Origin: Octopus sinensis
Taxonomy: Eukaryota
Direction of reading: 5' to 3'
DNA: 64,000 bases
Assembly: GCF_006345805.1 (NCBI RefSeq)
Contig: NW_021836127.1
Coordinates: 62,001-126,000 of the forward strand
Under the pieces are notes generated by a model. It was not told where the DNA came from. It did not search any database and was given only the letters and a program-made list of their open reading frames with translations. Of this stretch, positions 11,245-24,835 are shown piece after piece; the stretch's first letter is position 1; every line of letters starts with the position of its first letter. The translations under genes and the position numbers were made by a program.

Positions 11245-14054
11245 TTATGAGCTTTGTGAATGAAAATCTTCTATATTGATACTATTTATTTCGTTAGATG
11301 GTATAGAATCAACGACGCTCATTTTTGAATCCTTTAAAAAGTTAAGTTCGGCAAAAAATTCTTCTTTTGTTTTTATATTTTCTATTTCTAAGCATTTTTC
11401 AATTTCTTTAAATTCATTTAAATACTAATAAAATTAATTATCAATTTTAACTTTATTCTTTAAATTGCATTGACTGTTTTTTAAAAGATTTTCAAAATCT
11501 AATTTTTCTGATTTTAAATTTTCCTCAAACTGTTGGGTAGATTTATTTTGAAATTCTAATATTATCCGCGATTCTTCTTGCCCAGCTTTTTTAAGTTCAA
11601 GTTTGCTTTCTTCGTGTTTAATTTCCAGCATTGTCTAGATTTATTATATATTAACTATACATAGCATTTTGTTCTGATATCACTGATACTTGAGTAGTAT
11701 AATTCTTTTAATTGTATTTTAAGCTCTTTATAATTTTTTTTGCCAGTGATTTGTGTGTCAGTTGTCTTTTTTATGGTTGATTTTCTCCTTATGACTCCTT
11801 TAAAAGCCTTGTAAGTCTTTTTCAATTTATTTTTCTTTTCTTTATATTCATTTAAAAGTTTTACGAACAATTCAGTAAGTAACTTTGCCATTGCTTTAAA
11901 TTCAATTTCAAAAATTAATTCGAGTGATTTATTTTTTTGCTGCATTCTTTTAACCTGGTTTATTCCTTCCAATAAATGAAAATTTTCAAAGTGACTTTTT
12001 TGAACTTGTAACAAAATTTCTCTATGTGACTGTTCTAATTTTTTATTCTGTGTGTCTGCTTCTATACAGAAAGATTCAACCAATTTTTTCTGGTTAGTTA
12101 ATTCTTCTAGTTTCTATTAAGCATTATTTAGAATTGAGAAATTACTTTTTGGTAAAATTCCCCAACTTTGCTATCTTTTTCGTTTAAAAAACCTATTCTT
12201 TTATCCAAAAGAATATTTATTGCTTTGATAAATTGATTTTCTTGAAATTCGCAAAGTTTTGATAGTTTACTGGTTTTTTGTTCTAATATGTATTTTTTAA
12301 TGAATTTTTTTCTTGAATTTTTACTAAGTTGCGATGACAATCTTCTAGATTCCTTTTTTATGTTATTTAACATATCTTGCTCAATAATAGTAGATTTTCT
12401 TAAAATATCCTTTTCGGTATTTTTGTGTTCTCTAATATATTTATCATTCCATTCTTTTTCCTGTTATATTATAATCAGATTTTATACTTTGTTTACAAGC
12501 CATAGCTTTTCTTCATTTGTTATTTGTTTTAAATTTTCGTAAAAAATATTCATTAGAAATTTATAATCTTTTTCTATTTTATTTTGATGTTGAAAAATTT
12601 CAGTATTAATTTTTTTCTCAATCTTAAGCGTTATTTAATAATAGAAAACTCTTTCTAATTCTTGTTGATTAATCTTATACTGTTTTTTGAGGTATGGCAA
12701 AATATTCGAGTAAGTTATACAAACTTCTTTATTTTCAAAATTTTCGTGTTTTTCTGTTGCTGAGTTGACTATAATTTCCTTAGGATTCATCTGGAATAAT
12801 TTTATTTCTTCTATCTGTGCCATAATTTTTTCTACCTACAAATTTAATTTTTAGATATTACATATTTTTCTACATCAATTTCATTAGTTTCAAAATTAAT
12901 GGATTTCATTTGTTTATATTTTCTGTTTTCAGTTTCTGGATTTTCTTTGTAATCCATTAAATAAATTACGTCTTGATTCGTGTCTTTTAATCTTTTAATT
13001 ATTTTTGAAGTCTGAAAAATTGCCGATTTTTCGTTTTCAATCCAGTTTAAAAAAGGGTCCTATTGGTTATTTCAAAATATTTTATTACTTGTATAAGTTC
13101 ACTACATGTTGGTCTTTTTTCTGGTTTCATTTCAACTGCTCTTTCCACGAATTTATAAAAAGTTTTAGACCATCTGGTCTTATCGATGAATAAAGGTGAT
13201 CCAAGCTGAGAAACATGGTACATTGCAGACATTTGATTCATATCCGAAAGCGGTGGGTTCATTTCAGCTAAAATAAATTATTTGTTATACCAATTTCGAT
13301 ACTAGTGATTCCTAATGACCATACATCAACTTTGCATCCATAAAAGTTATGATCAATTGCCATAATAACTTCCGGGGCCATCCAGTACGGAGTTCCAACA
13401 AACGATTTAGCAAATGGTTTAATTGAGATTGAACCAAAGTCCCCTATTTTAGTTAATCTAGTTTGATAACCTAGCTTGATTATCCCATCATTCGTAATAA
13501 GAATATTTACGCCTTTAACGTCACGATGAATTAGATTCATAGAATGAATATATTCAAGAGCTTTGGTGGCACTGTAAATAACACCGGCAATTTCATTTTC
13601 ACTGATATTGCCACCAATAACTATTATCATTAATTTTTCAATACTTTTATTTATTTGCGAAATCGATCCGACGCAATAATCCATCAAAATCTAATAATTT
13701 AAAAATAACTTATAAACCCAAAAGGTCAATTCAAATTTGTAGGCAGCAACAAAATCGACAATATTTAAATGATTGAGATTCTTTAAAACAATCACCTCGT
13801 TTGTAATTTGTTTAACTAACTTTAAAATACATTAATTTATTTGAAATATACGTCCTTGTTTGAACCAAATGTTATTTTTTGTTTTTTTATTGCCACCAAT
13901 CTTGATGAATGTTTAAGCTGGCCCTAAATAAAGCAAGGATATTTTAAACGATTTAAACCATATAAACATCACTGAAATTTCCTTGTCCGATGTGGAAAAG
14001 TTGATTTAAAAAAAGTTCGGGATTCCTATTTATAAAAGTATCTTTATCTTTCAT
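11245..14054 (-). CDS. TAOK1: TAO (STE20 family) Ser/Thr kinase with long coiled-coil C-terminus, multi-exon
   Basis: IGQGNFSDVY, VAIKK, MDYCVGS, IHRDVKGVNILI, DFGS..SFVGTPYWMAPEVIMAID..YGCKVDVWSLGIT.IE, PPLSDMNQMSAMYHVSQ and RPTCSELI. The TAO-specific pattern is SFVGTPYWMAPEVILAMD / PPLFNMNAMSALYHIAQ. The symbol denotes the family; the paralog is not resolved. Confidence 0.9.
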
Positions 14055-14229
14055 TTAATACACCATGTTCTTATTAGTCCGGTAGAAATTTAAATAAAAT
14101 TGAATTTTATGTGATTAAATATGTCATTTCCTGTAAGACATTAATTTTGCAATCGACGCCGCAAAATAACCTAAAAATAAATTATAATCATTTTTGGAAA
14201 TAAAAAAAATAATAACAAATTTATTTGAA

Positions 14230-15090
14230 AAGTCCAGATAAAATTGATTTTTAATTATTGCGTCTGCTTTCAGTCGATTCTCCTCCTCTTCGAGCCCGAG
14301 CAAGTGTCTTCGACTGCTACACTTATCCATTTTATAGGGCAGGCCACTTGTGTGGTTGTTCTCGAGTCCGATTTAATTGCATGCTTCGCTGCTGTAGGTT
14401 TATACTCCGGGCGCATGCTTTCCAACGTTCTCTTGATCACGATTGACTGAATATAAACTCACGTAGATTCCTGGACTTGTAAGGAATTCTGGTAGTGTTT
14501 ATAGAATCTGGATGTTATTCCATCCCACGTAATAACCAACGGTACGACATTCACCTTTGCATTATGGATTACCTTCAATTCGTTCGCCAAAAGGTCATAT
14601 TTATGTAATTTCTCTACTTCTACATGCTTCAAGGATTGTTGAGAAGTAATCCCAATTTCGATCAGCGTAATGATGTTCCGAACTTTGTCGTAGACAAAAA
14701 TGTATTGACTATTATTGACTATTGTCCACACGTATTTTGACCACCTCATTAGAGACTGTCGACTGAACGTTTTATTCCATATTTTCGGCAGATGTGCAGG
14801 TGCATGCACCTTACAACCTCATTGTGGCGACGTAGGTAATCACTGTTCAACATTCTGCCACATCCTGTAGCAAGGTGATCCACAGTCTTTTTGGCGGCGT
14901 TGCAATGGTTGCAACAACTACCACCGTTGTCAAAGAATAAGTTGCGGTCCTGAACCATGCACAGCATTCCCTCCGATCTTGGAGAGTTTTTCCCATGAGA
15001 TAACCACCAGGACGATTCTTTCAGATCCACGTCCAAATCATCATAGCAATTGAACAAAATCGAGTGAAGTGCCTTTTTTCGTAACAAAAA
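14230..15090 (-). mobile_element. 3' part of an RLE-type (R4/NeSL-like) non-LTR retrotransposon
   Basis: CCHC finger C..C...KTVDHLATGC, RRHNEVVRC.H, and PD-(D/E)xK-type IFVYDK..ITLIEIGITS..EKLHKYDLLANEL. Confidence 0.85.
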
Positions 15091-15389
15091 TAATATAAAA
15101 TAATTTTTACATACTAACCAAATAAAAATAGTTTCTCTATACTCATTGAGAATACATTTTATGTAATAAAATGAATTTTAAATTAAGAGCCTTGAATTGT
15201 ATTTACAAGAAAATGAAAATCATATCTAATTAGGCTATTTATTTACTTTTTTGATTTATTGTAAATACTTTGTAAATTCAAAGTTATAAATTATTTCTTT
15301 TAGTTCAAAATGATCAAACTACAAGTGTAGTTTTAAGTATGATAATGAATTAGAAAAATTTGATTTCTTATCTTGTCAAAAACAAACAA

Positions 15390-16230
15390 ATTGGGCTTGT
15401 TATGTTTTACTCTGATTTCAACCTTTTCATTTGTCGATATAGATTCTACTGAATGTGTTTTGAGCTTATTGTGATTCTTGAATCCAAATTCTCGACAAAA
15501 ATAAGAGTATTGACAGCCATTTGCGATGGTATAGTCACACCTATTTCTAGCATGCCTTTTGACTTAATCCCATGTAGCATCTTCTTACATCTAGTGGCGC
15601 AGTAGTCAACAGTCTTCCATCTCATGCAGTTCGAACACATTGAGTTATGTTTAAAGAATTAATTTCTATCTTGCACGAGACAGAATGCGATTTATCGTCC
15701 ACCATTTCATATTAGAATGAATCAACATCGACTAGTCCAATTTAACGAACGAGCGTGTACATTAATTGTTTTAAACTGGTTCACTCTATTTAGTTTTGTA
15801 TTTGTCAACGTTTAAATTCGCGTGATTACTTGGCCAAAAATTATTTTCAGTATTTCCGGTTTTTGGATTCTTCCAATTGAACTTTCAAGTACTCCAAGAT
15901 ACTTATACCTATAGATTTCGTCAAGAACTTTTGCTTTTGTTGATAGCAATGCGATATTCGTGACTGATTTATCCAGATTTTTCTCCAGGACAGCTCCACG
16001 AAAATAACGATTTACATTTTTCATTATTCGAACAATAGCATCATTACTATTCGGAACAAATTTCAAGTCTTTGATAAAAGGAAGGTGATTTGCTGAAAAC
16101 AACGTGCTCAGATTTTCTTGCCCAATTAACACCTTCGGAAAATTATGAGATAATAAACTGCTCAAAAGGTCTAATACAAAGACAAATAGCATGGGGGACA
16201 AACTGTCCCCTAAAGTAGTATTAATCAAGA
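15390..16230 (-). mobile_element. Degenerate RLE-type non-LTR RT fragment, same group as 14230-15090
   Basis: GDSLSPMLFV, NH..FIKDLK (decayed FxDD), YKYLGVLE and C..C..KTVDYCATRC. Confidence 0.72.
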
Positions 16231-16329
16231 CAAATAGTTAAAATCACCCCAGATTTAATTAAATGTTTTCGAAAAATTACTATGATTTTTTTGATTTTTA
16301 TGAATCATCTTCATTCTTGGATTCATTGA

Positions 16330-18053
16330 TAATCTCTATTTTTAATGACACATTATTTAAATACATCTTTGTAAATTTTTGATACTGCATTTTCTCTAAT
16401 TTCTTTCTATTGTAATTATTTAATGATAATCTAATAAACTGATAAAAAAGAGTCGAATTGTATATTGTTTGAATTTTTGATATCAGGTGATGGAAAAACC
16501 TCTTGTTTGATATTTCGTGGATTATCTTGCTTAAAATAAAATATGGCTTTATTCTTATCTATAAAATTTTATTCATTAATTTATACCAGTTAAATCTCCA
16601 GCATGTCCTTTTTCGTCTAGTATAAGTTTGACCGTATACTTTTTGTGCATTTTATCTATATATTTAATATTATATAATTTATTAAGAATTATTTATTTCA
16701 ATAACTTTTCAAAATTTTTATATGAAAAAATAACCATTATTATCGAGGGGAAGAGGTGTTTTTAAATGATATATGATTTTATTCTTTTTTGAATCTAGTA
16801 CTCTGTTGGCACTGAGGACTTGTAAGGGTTGCTCTCTTAAAACATTCATTGATCCATTAGATTTTGACAATTTTTTATTTTTTCTATTGAAGATATTTTT
16901 AAATTTTGATTTTTTATTCTCCTTGTCTAAATCTTTTATATAAATTAATGAAAGCGTTTGGACTTTATCCGGAATATTATCTTTTTTATTTTTTGTATAT
17001 GTCTTTCCATTTTTAAGAAGTTTATTGATATTTGAAATTAATATTTCTTTTGTTTTTGTTTTTACGTGAATTTCATTTTGTTTGGGAATGATTTGTGGTA
17101 CATGATTTAAATCATTTTCTTCATTTTTAATTTCTTTTAGTTCATGTTGTTTTATTTGGTTGTGCTGATTGAGCTTTCTTTTGTATTTTTTTAATTTTAA
17201 AGACGATTTTGGGAAATCAGTGATATATTTATTATTATCCAATGCGGTCTTATTATCTATGATAGTTTGATTTTCTGTAAATAATAAAATGTTCATCTTA
17301 CTTCGAGATGAAGCATTATCTGCACAAAATAATAAATCCAACTTTAATTTCTCATTTTCAGTAAAAATTGTTGATATTGAAGAAGGCCTGGGTTTATTTT
17401 GCTTTTTTAAAGTGTATTCATTTAAAAAACTATCCTCATTCTACATTTCTACTAACAAACTTACTTGTGTGAATCTCTCTCTCGCTTTATTAGTTTCTCG
17501 ATTTTCTTGTTCTTTTGAGGCATTTTCTTGATGATTATTATTTATATTATATTTCTGCATAATTGGAAAATTTTCAAGGCTTTCAAATTTTTTTCTAAGT
17601 GTGGAAACATTTTCTCGATCTTTTGAAAATTCGGATAAAATTTTATTATTTCTTTCGATCACAAAATGTGAAACCTGATCCTATTGTCATTAATAAAAAC
17701 AGATAACTTTATAATTCATGTCATATTTTTCATCTGTAACATAAAAATAAAAAAATACCCGATTTATCTATTTCTTTTATCTTTAAATTCACATCATCAC
17801 AAAAATTTGTTTTGTTACTTGTGGCTATCCCACTTGATAAAGATTTCAGTGGTATATTGATTTCGTGAAAAAGGTTTATGATTTGTCCATATATTTTGCC
17901 CTTTTCAGATAATAAAATTTCAATTTCTTCTTTTTTATTGTTTTCATTTATTGTCGTATACGTAACTTTTAAAGTTTCATTGGCTGACTTGTCTTTACTG
18001 CTCTTTTCATTATTTTGAGTTTTAATTGAAGAATATGTATTATTCTCAGTCAT
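16330..18053 (-). CDS. Uncharacterised Lys/Asn/Glu-rich multi-exon protein
   Basis: Three long collinear ORFs (17730-18053, 17441-17662, 16718-17341) with host codon bias, separated by short AT-rich GT-AG gaps. No recognisable domain; the 3' end is uncertain. Confidence 0.45.
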
Positions 18054-18649
18054 TAGAGATTTCTAAATAAAAATCAAATTAATTTTGTACGCTAAAATTT
18101 ATTTAATAGTTATTAAACCGCAAAAATACAAAGACGAATAAATTCCACGCAATTCATTAGTTTAAGTGAATTAGTAATTAAAATGAAAGACGTAGAAGAC
18201 TCGGATTTTAATATTTAATGGATTTCGTCGATTTTTCTATTGAAGATGAAAAACGCTTGAATGGAATGAGTATTTGAAATAGGGACTATGCCCAGAAAAG
18301 AACCATATTTTTGTAAATTCGTTGCTGAAGACAAACATCACCAGTTTTTATGTTTCACCAAACCCCAATCTGATGCGGCAAAAACTTTAAAATGAAAAAA
18401 TACCGCGAAATCAATACAAGAAATAGATTTTTTTATTTAGGATAGGGAAAGTTCTGGTTGGTTAGGCCAATGTCAATAATTTTTAATCAAAAAATCAATC
18501 AATTAACAAATTCCCGTTTTTATGATGATCATTAATTTTTAAATTTAAATTTCTCATAAATTATTATTTTTTTTTTTGATAAAATAGTAATAAATTTTTG
18601 ATCACGTCTGTTTTTGTTTTCTGTAGTGAAGGTTGTCTATTTTATTTTG

Positions 18650-19500
18650 CTACAAAAGTAAGAAATTATAACTTATTGGAGATATCAAATAATATCATCA
18701 ATTTGCTGAAGAAGATACAAAATTTATATGAATTATTCAGACTTATAGACTTTTTGTCGGATTAGCTATTTTTTTCAAAACAAGTGAAATTATATTGCAT
18801 GTATTTGCTGAAGAAGATAAATAGAAGAGGATATTATTGAAAATGTTCGCCTCAAAAATGGACATCTTGTTTGATTTAGTTGATCTACGAGATTTTTGCT
18901 GACTTTTGTTTGGGTTGGATTCTTTTTCCAATTTTATTGGAAAAGATCTCTAAAAAATCGGCCACGGATTTGTCAAGTGTAATAAAGAGTATAATTTTAG
19001 TGTGTGGAAAATCAACAATTTTGCACAAAGATAACGGAAGGAAATTTTCACATGAAAAAATGTTCGAGTCATACTCAACGTTTGCTATAAAACACATCAG
19101 GGGACGTCCTTGGACGCAGGTACAGATCGAGCGCCCGAATTAGATATTGAAATTCGTGATTTTTTAACGTGGTTTTGAAAGAACTTGAATTTAAAATGGA
19201 TTGACAGCATTGAGAAATTTCAAGTTCTTATAATTCTGTCCAGCATTCAACAACTTTAACGCTCTATTCAAATTGATTTTTGGAGCTTCTGTCGATGAAA
19301 TCATAAATAATCATTAACAAAGAGGAAATGAATTAATATTCTAGAAAATTGATTCGTGGTATGAAGAAAAACAAACTGAAGCGACTGAATATCTTCGTGG
19401 TTTTGGTCATCAATAACAAAAGAAATTTAAAATTTAGACAATGCTGAAAGAAAAATGTTAACAAAAAGAATGTGGACAAATGATATTACTATTTTTTAAT
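18650..19500 (+). mobile_element. Degenerate integrase-core (KRBA2/Ginger2-like) element
   Basis: ILHKDNGRKF and IKHIRGRPW..Q.ERPN resemble the HSDNG.EF and RGRP.HPQ.QG.VER.N integrase motifs. Confidence 0.6.
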
Positions 19501-19540
19501 ATAGACGATCAAGTGTATATTGATAATAATTATACATTCA

Positions 19541-21284
19541 CTAGCTCGGCAGCTCGCTTCGCTCACCGCGACCTAGCTCCTGCGGAGGGCCTGTTTCATC
19601 AAACAACTATAAGTTTATGTAGATGTATAAAACTACCTGGTTTAATGTAACCCTATTCTATCGCCTGTTGATAAACGATGTTTGTCGTCCGTCCTTCCTT
19701 GGCATATATGAATAAATTTTCTCTTCTGCCTACCCTCGAGCATCCCACATACAGCTGTCCATGTGAAAAGCACTCACTCTCTAAAAATAACCCAACTACC
19801 TTTAATGACTGTCCCTGGGCCTTGTTTATTGTCATTGCAAAACTCATCCTCAAAGGAAATTGCAGCCTTTTAAATCTAAATGGTAATTCATCAGAAATTA
19901 TCGGAATTCGTGGAATATAAACATCCTCACCTCTATACTTACCTGTTAATATCGTCGCCTCTATTACGTTAGCCATCAAATTTTTGATAACTAACCTCGT
20001 TCCGTTGCATAATTTAGGTGGCGCAAGATTTCGTAATAAAACCACTGGAACGCCTATCTTTAACTTTAAAAGATGATTCGGCATTCCAGAGGGATCTAAG
20101 GAGTTTAAAAATTCAATCCGGTTGAATTTGTAGAAAATAACAAAAAAATAAAAAAAACAAATAAAAATAAATAATTTAAAAACAAAAGAAATGAAAAAAC
20201 AAAAAAAACTTTAAAAATTTGTAAAAAAGTATAAACAAAAAAAATCTCTGCCGCCACGGCAACAACCTGTCTAATTTTTTTAACAGCCAGTTAAGATAAT
20301 GCTTAAGAGCCTTTATAGTCCGGAGATTTAGCTTAGTGACCTTGATTAGACAAACCACTGGCGGAGATGGGGCAGCCGGAGATGGGGCAGCCGGAGATGC
20401 GGCAGGCGGAGATGCGGCAGGCAGAGTAGCAGCAGCCAAAAAAGCGACACACAAAAAAGATTTAATTACCTTAAGCTGACCGTTTTTTCTTCAGCTTCGT
20501 TTTTCCTCCTTCGGTTATCTATTTAAAAAATTATTTTTGAATAATAAAAAATATTAGGAAAAAAGAGGCATACAGAAAATAAATTCTATCTTTACGAAAA
20601 ACTTCTTTTCTTAAGGTCGTCTTCCCTCCTTCAGTTATCTATTGAAAAATTATTTTTGAATAATAAAAAAGTTTAGGAAAAGAGACATACCGAAAATAAA
20701 TTCTAGCTTTACGAAAAACTTAACTAAATAGTTAATATTTTACGCAAATTCTTCTGATTGCGCTGTCAATTGGTGGTAAATTGTGTTAATGATTTTGCTA
20801 ATGTGGTTTCAACTATCAAAGTGTTTTTCAAAATCTGTTAATTGCACACTCTATTCAAGGTCGTGCAATCTGTAATTGCACATTCTGTCAAAGTCAAATA
20901 TGATAATAGGTTTAATTTTGAATGGTATATGCATTTAATTTTAAAGAGAAAATCATAAGATGAATTGAATTTCTTTATCGCGAATAATTGGGAGTTCATC
21001 ATTGTTAATATTCTCGCTGTCGTTTTCATCAAGGATATTCTTAATACGTGAGATTTTTAATGGACCTCATCATGAATGTCGAGGACATTAACGTTGTTCA
21101 TTTTAATCAAATGCAGAAAATAATTTTTTGATTTGTTGGCGGAAAGGTTTTAAGGACCTCATCATGTAAGTCGAGGACATCGTATTGCCAATTTGAAGTT
21201 GGTGTGCACACACAGACAGACAGACAGACAGAAAGACAGACAGACAGACAGACAGACACACACCATACCATTTTATTATTAAGA
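19541..21284 (-). mobile_element. Internally deleted Helitron with both termini and the PIF1-helicase C-terminus
   Basis: The minus strand reads A|TCTTAATAATAAAATG..(TGTC)n at the 5' end and a GC-rich GCGAAGC-containing hairpin then CTAG|T at the 3' end. ORF 19653-20084 has [27 protein letters not shown] and [13 protein letters not shown]. Internal 15-mer and about 100-bp direct repeats. Confidence 0.93.
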
Positions 21285-21288
21285 TATA

Positions 21289-22735
21289 CACCCCATGTAA
21301 TAAAAAACCGGATTTTCGAATGCTTAATTTTTTTGATATTCTGTTTTTAATTTTAGACTTTTATTTAATTTATAATGATAATCATCGTAACTTTTCTTTT
21401 TATAATTTTTCAATAATCTTTTTGTACAGCTAAACTGACTATATTAAATTTTTTCTGTGTAAAACAAACCGGATTAGACAAAAAGTCAAATGATTAATTA
21501 TTAATGTGTCCTCCATGTGCCTTATAAAGCTCAATGCTTGTTCTTGCCATGTTTTCAGTTAATTTTCTCACAAATTCCATTGGTATTTCGTCCCAAATTT
21601 TTATAATATTTTCGCATAAATCCTTTTTACTATGCAGCATTTTTTTACTCAATTCTTCCTTTATGTAGCTCCACACATGTTCAATTGGGTTCAAATCTGG
21701 TGATTGTGGTGCCCAATTTAATAATTCAATTTTTTTCTCATCCAAAAATTGTTTTGTTCTCCGTGAATTATGACAGGGGCGAAATCTTGATGGAAAATAA
21801 AACGATTTAGCCCCATTTTATCTGCCGATTTCCACAAATTATTTATTAAAATGTTGATATATACAGCAGAATTTATTTTTTCATTTACTATAACCAAATT
21901 CCCCTTTCCTTGATAGGAGATACAACCCCATACCATAATTCTTCCACCACCAAACTTCAAAGTTGGCGTTAAATGGGCATAATTTAAGGCTTTATTTTTT
22001 TCCAAAGCAAAATGTTCTTTTTGTTAGATGAAAAAATTTCAAAGGAAGCCTCGTCACTCTATATAACAGTTCTCCACGTTTCATTGCTTATTGCAGAAAA
22101 GATTATTGAAAGCTCGTATTGTTTTTCACTATTTTTTTTGATAAAAAAGGTTTTCTTTTACACACACATGCTTTGTAATGATTTTCATGTAGATAATTGC
22201 TTATTGTTTTTTTCCAGACAACTTTTCCTGTAAAATCGAAGACTTCTTCTTTCAGGTTGGCCAGTGTTTTTTTTGGATTTTCTTTCACAATGTTGACAAG
22301 TTTACAAATATCTGAGTTAGAGAGCTTTTTGGGTCTTCCAGAACCAGTTATGCGATCAACAGTCCCTTTTTATTTAACTTATTCAGAAAATCATTGAGAG
22401 TCAAAGTTGGAATATTAGCTCCTCAACAATCTTCTTTTGTGTCCAATTTAATTAAATAAGAGCTAGAATCTTTCCTTTAGTGATTTTATCAAGCATTTTT
22501 TTCAAATACCTAAAAATTGGCTTAGCAACAGACTAATCAAAAAAAAATCAGGTTTTTTAATACACGCTAAGATTTTATCAAGATCAATTATTCAAATATA
22601 CATTATAATTTTAAAAATAGTAAAAAGATACAACAAACGATTGCTGAAAAGTAATTTAAAAATTGATATACTTTTAAAAAAATACTAGTAAAAACATGCA
22701 AACTTGAAAATCCGGTTTTTTATTACATGGAGTGT
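21289..22735 (-). mobile_element. Tc1 (DD34E) transposon, full length, disrupted ORF
   Basis: TIR CAC(C/T)CCATGTAATAAAAAACCGGATTTTC with TA on both sides. Motifs RKPFLS, K.GGGRIMVWGC, FHQD.AP and WAPQSPDLNPIEHVW; 34 residues between the second D and E after frameshift correction. Confidence 0.94.
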
Positions 22736-23059
22736 ATTATGTTAAAGGAGTATCTGTCAGGAATGATTGATCTAGAAAAAGATTGTCAGGAATGATTGCC
22801 AACCCTGTGAGATGGATGAGTGTGCCCATCGAAGAGATTGGCTTTAGCTCAAAGAGGAGGAGAATCGAGTGAGAGGACGCATTAATTAGTTCAATTGATA
22901 AATAATTAGTTTTGACTTATTTATATGTAATAATGCTTTTCAGCACCCTGCACGTCACAAGACAACCTGGACTGGTACAGGCTTGGTCTAGCTGGGAATC
23001 ATAAAAATTTTAAAACATTTTCAATAAGCACAAACTTGCATATTTAACGGATTTATAAG

Positions 23060-23337
23060 AACATCAAGAAATATCCGTTTATAGTTCATATAAAAAGCTC
23101 ACATTAAACGATGTTGTGATATTTGTTAAAATGGCATGGAAAGATGTATCGCAACATATTATTTTAAATTGTTTGGGAATTCTAAATAATGATAACGTGA
23201 AAAATAAATCAGAAAATAGTATACTAATAGAAAGGACAGATATTTTTAATCCGTTGGATATTGAAGAATTTTTTGCATATGAATATGCAGAAAATGATAT
23301 AATAGAAGAGATGGAAAATTGCGGAAACATTGAATAA
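23060..23337 (+). mobile_element. Probable Tigger/pogo transposase C-terminal relic
   Basis: KMAWKDVSQHIILNC resembles the AW..V....I.NC motif in the Tigger at 44463-46188, followed by an acidic tail. Confidence 0.4.
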
Positions 23338-23899
23338 ATCGTTCAGTGTGTTCTATATTTTATGAGTTTTAATATAATTACAGTGGCAACAAAAATTGGA
23401 GTCGTTATTTTGATTTTTTGATTATTTTTATAATTCAAATTTCTATTATTTATTTTGTGTTTGCAAGCACATCGATAGAAATGAGACTGGCTTGCCTACC
23501 CGAATCAGTGTGCAAATAGAGGATGTATTGACCAGAAGTAGAACATTATTTAATTAATTTTTAACTTCTTGACATTAAGTAATGAAAGAACTGTTCGCTA
23601 ATTTAAACTAGTCGCCGAGCGGATAGCAATTCCCACGCAATATCGAGAACGATATCCGTTGAAAAAACCAGCTTATTTCACTACCGTCATGACTCCTTCC
23701 AGAGATGGCTGAATCAATTTCCCACTGATCTCGAAAGTCAGGGGAATGAAGCAGCAGGTATCGGTCAACGAGGCCTATTTTGTATTTTGCAGTTTTCCTA
23801 AATTCGGCAAATTTTGCACGTATCTATAACTTCTTCGGATATTGTAATATAGTCAAATCGATTTGATCATACAAGTGGTATTTTTGATCATTCGAATTT

Positions 23900-24510
23900 G
23901 CATAAATATCTTTGAAAAAATAGCTAATACCATCAAATAAAACAGAACAGCAAAAGGTCCTCTGTACAACGTTAGACCAATAATTCTGTTTACAACAATA
24001 GAACGATAATTCTACTAACTCCCTTTACCAAACACTATCCATCATCGCATTACACTGAATAAATAATAAAGTTAACCAAAGAGTTTTCAGACCAAAGAGT
24101 TTTGGGACAGGCAGGTCTACTGCTGATGTAATGTGAGTGCACAGACAGTATTGTACTCTTTACCAAAATACATAAAATCTATCTCAATACTTAGCATTAA
24201 TATGTCCCGAGTGTTTGATTCGATTCACCAGAATGAATTTATGGAATTTCTGAAAAGTTTTCTTCACCATGATAACAGTGAAAAAATAATCCTGCTTAAT
24301 CAGAAAATTCATCTTTCTGTCCAAATTGGCAAATTTGCCTCCTACTTTTTTGGACTTCACGTGGAGTTTCACAAGAGGATTCACAGTCCGCGGTTCTCTT
24401 CGTTGTTTAACTTTAAGCAGCGTCGAAGAAAGTTCAGAGCTCTTGCTGGCAAAAATTAAGAAAAGATGATTTATGCAGGCGAGCTGGACTTTGTTTCTTA
24501 AAATATTCAA
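23900..24510 (+). mobile_element. Highly degenerate RTE RT fragment
   Basis: GRSTADVM, SINMSRVFDSI and other decayed RT motifs collinear with the other RTE copies. Confidence 0.6.
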
Positions 24511-24835
24511 ACACTACACTACATTCGCAAGAAAATCCAATAGGCATTATCAATATTTTTGATAATTGACCTGACCGATCGGGACAGTGACAATAGATAA
24601 AATAAAAATCATTCTTGGTTTTTAATTTTATTGAAAAATGTTGGGATTCAAAATTTTCCCCAATTTCTTAGAATGTCGTAATTTATTTAATTTTGTCCTA
24701 TTTTTCATTCATTGGTAATTTATTGTTAAAGCCGAAAAAAACTGGTTAAAGTAATTATTGTTAGTAAATTTATTTAAGCAACTTAATGGCCATTTTGATC
24801 TATCAATTTTAGTTTTTCAATTGAATCGACATCCT

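Noticed and set aside
16600-16900. Chromodomain-like wording (VLSANRVLDSKK, YTVKLILDEK)
   Set aside because: The similarity is too short and the aromatic-cage residues are not evident.
20176-20454. Ala/Pro/Ser-repeat ORF as a gene, or its 15-bp repeats as a CRISPR array
   Set aside because: A spacerless minisatellite inside a Helitron, in a eukaryotic context with no cas genes.
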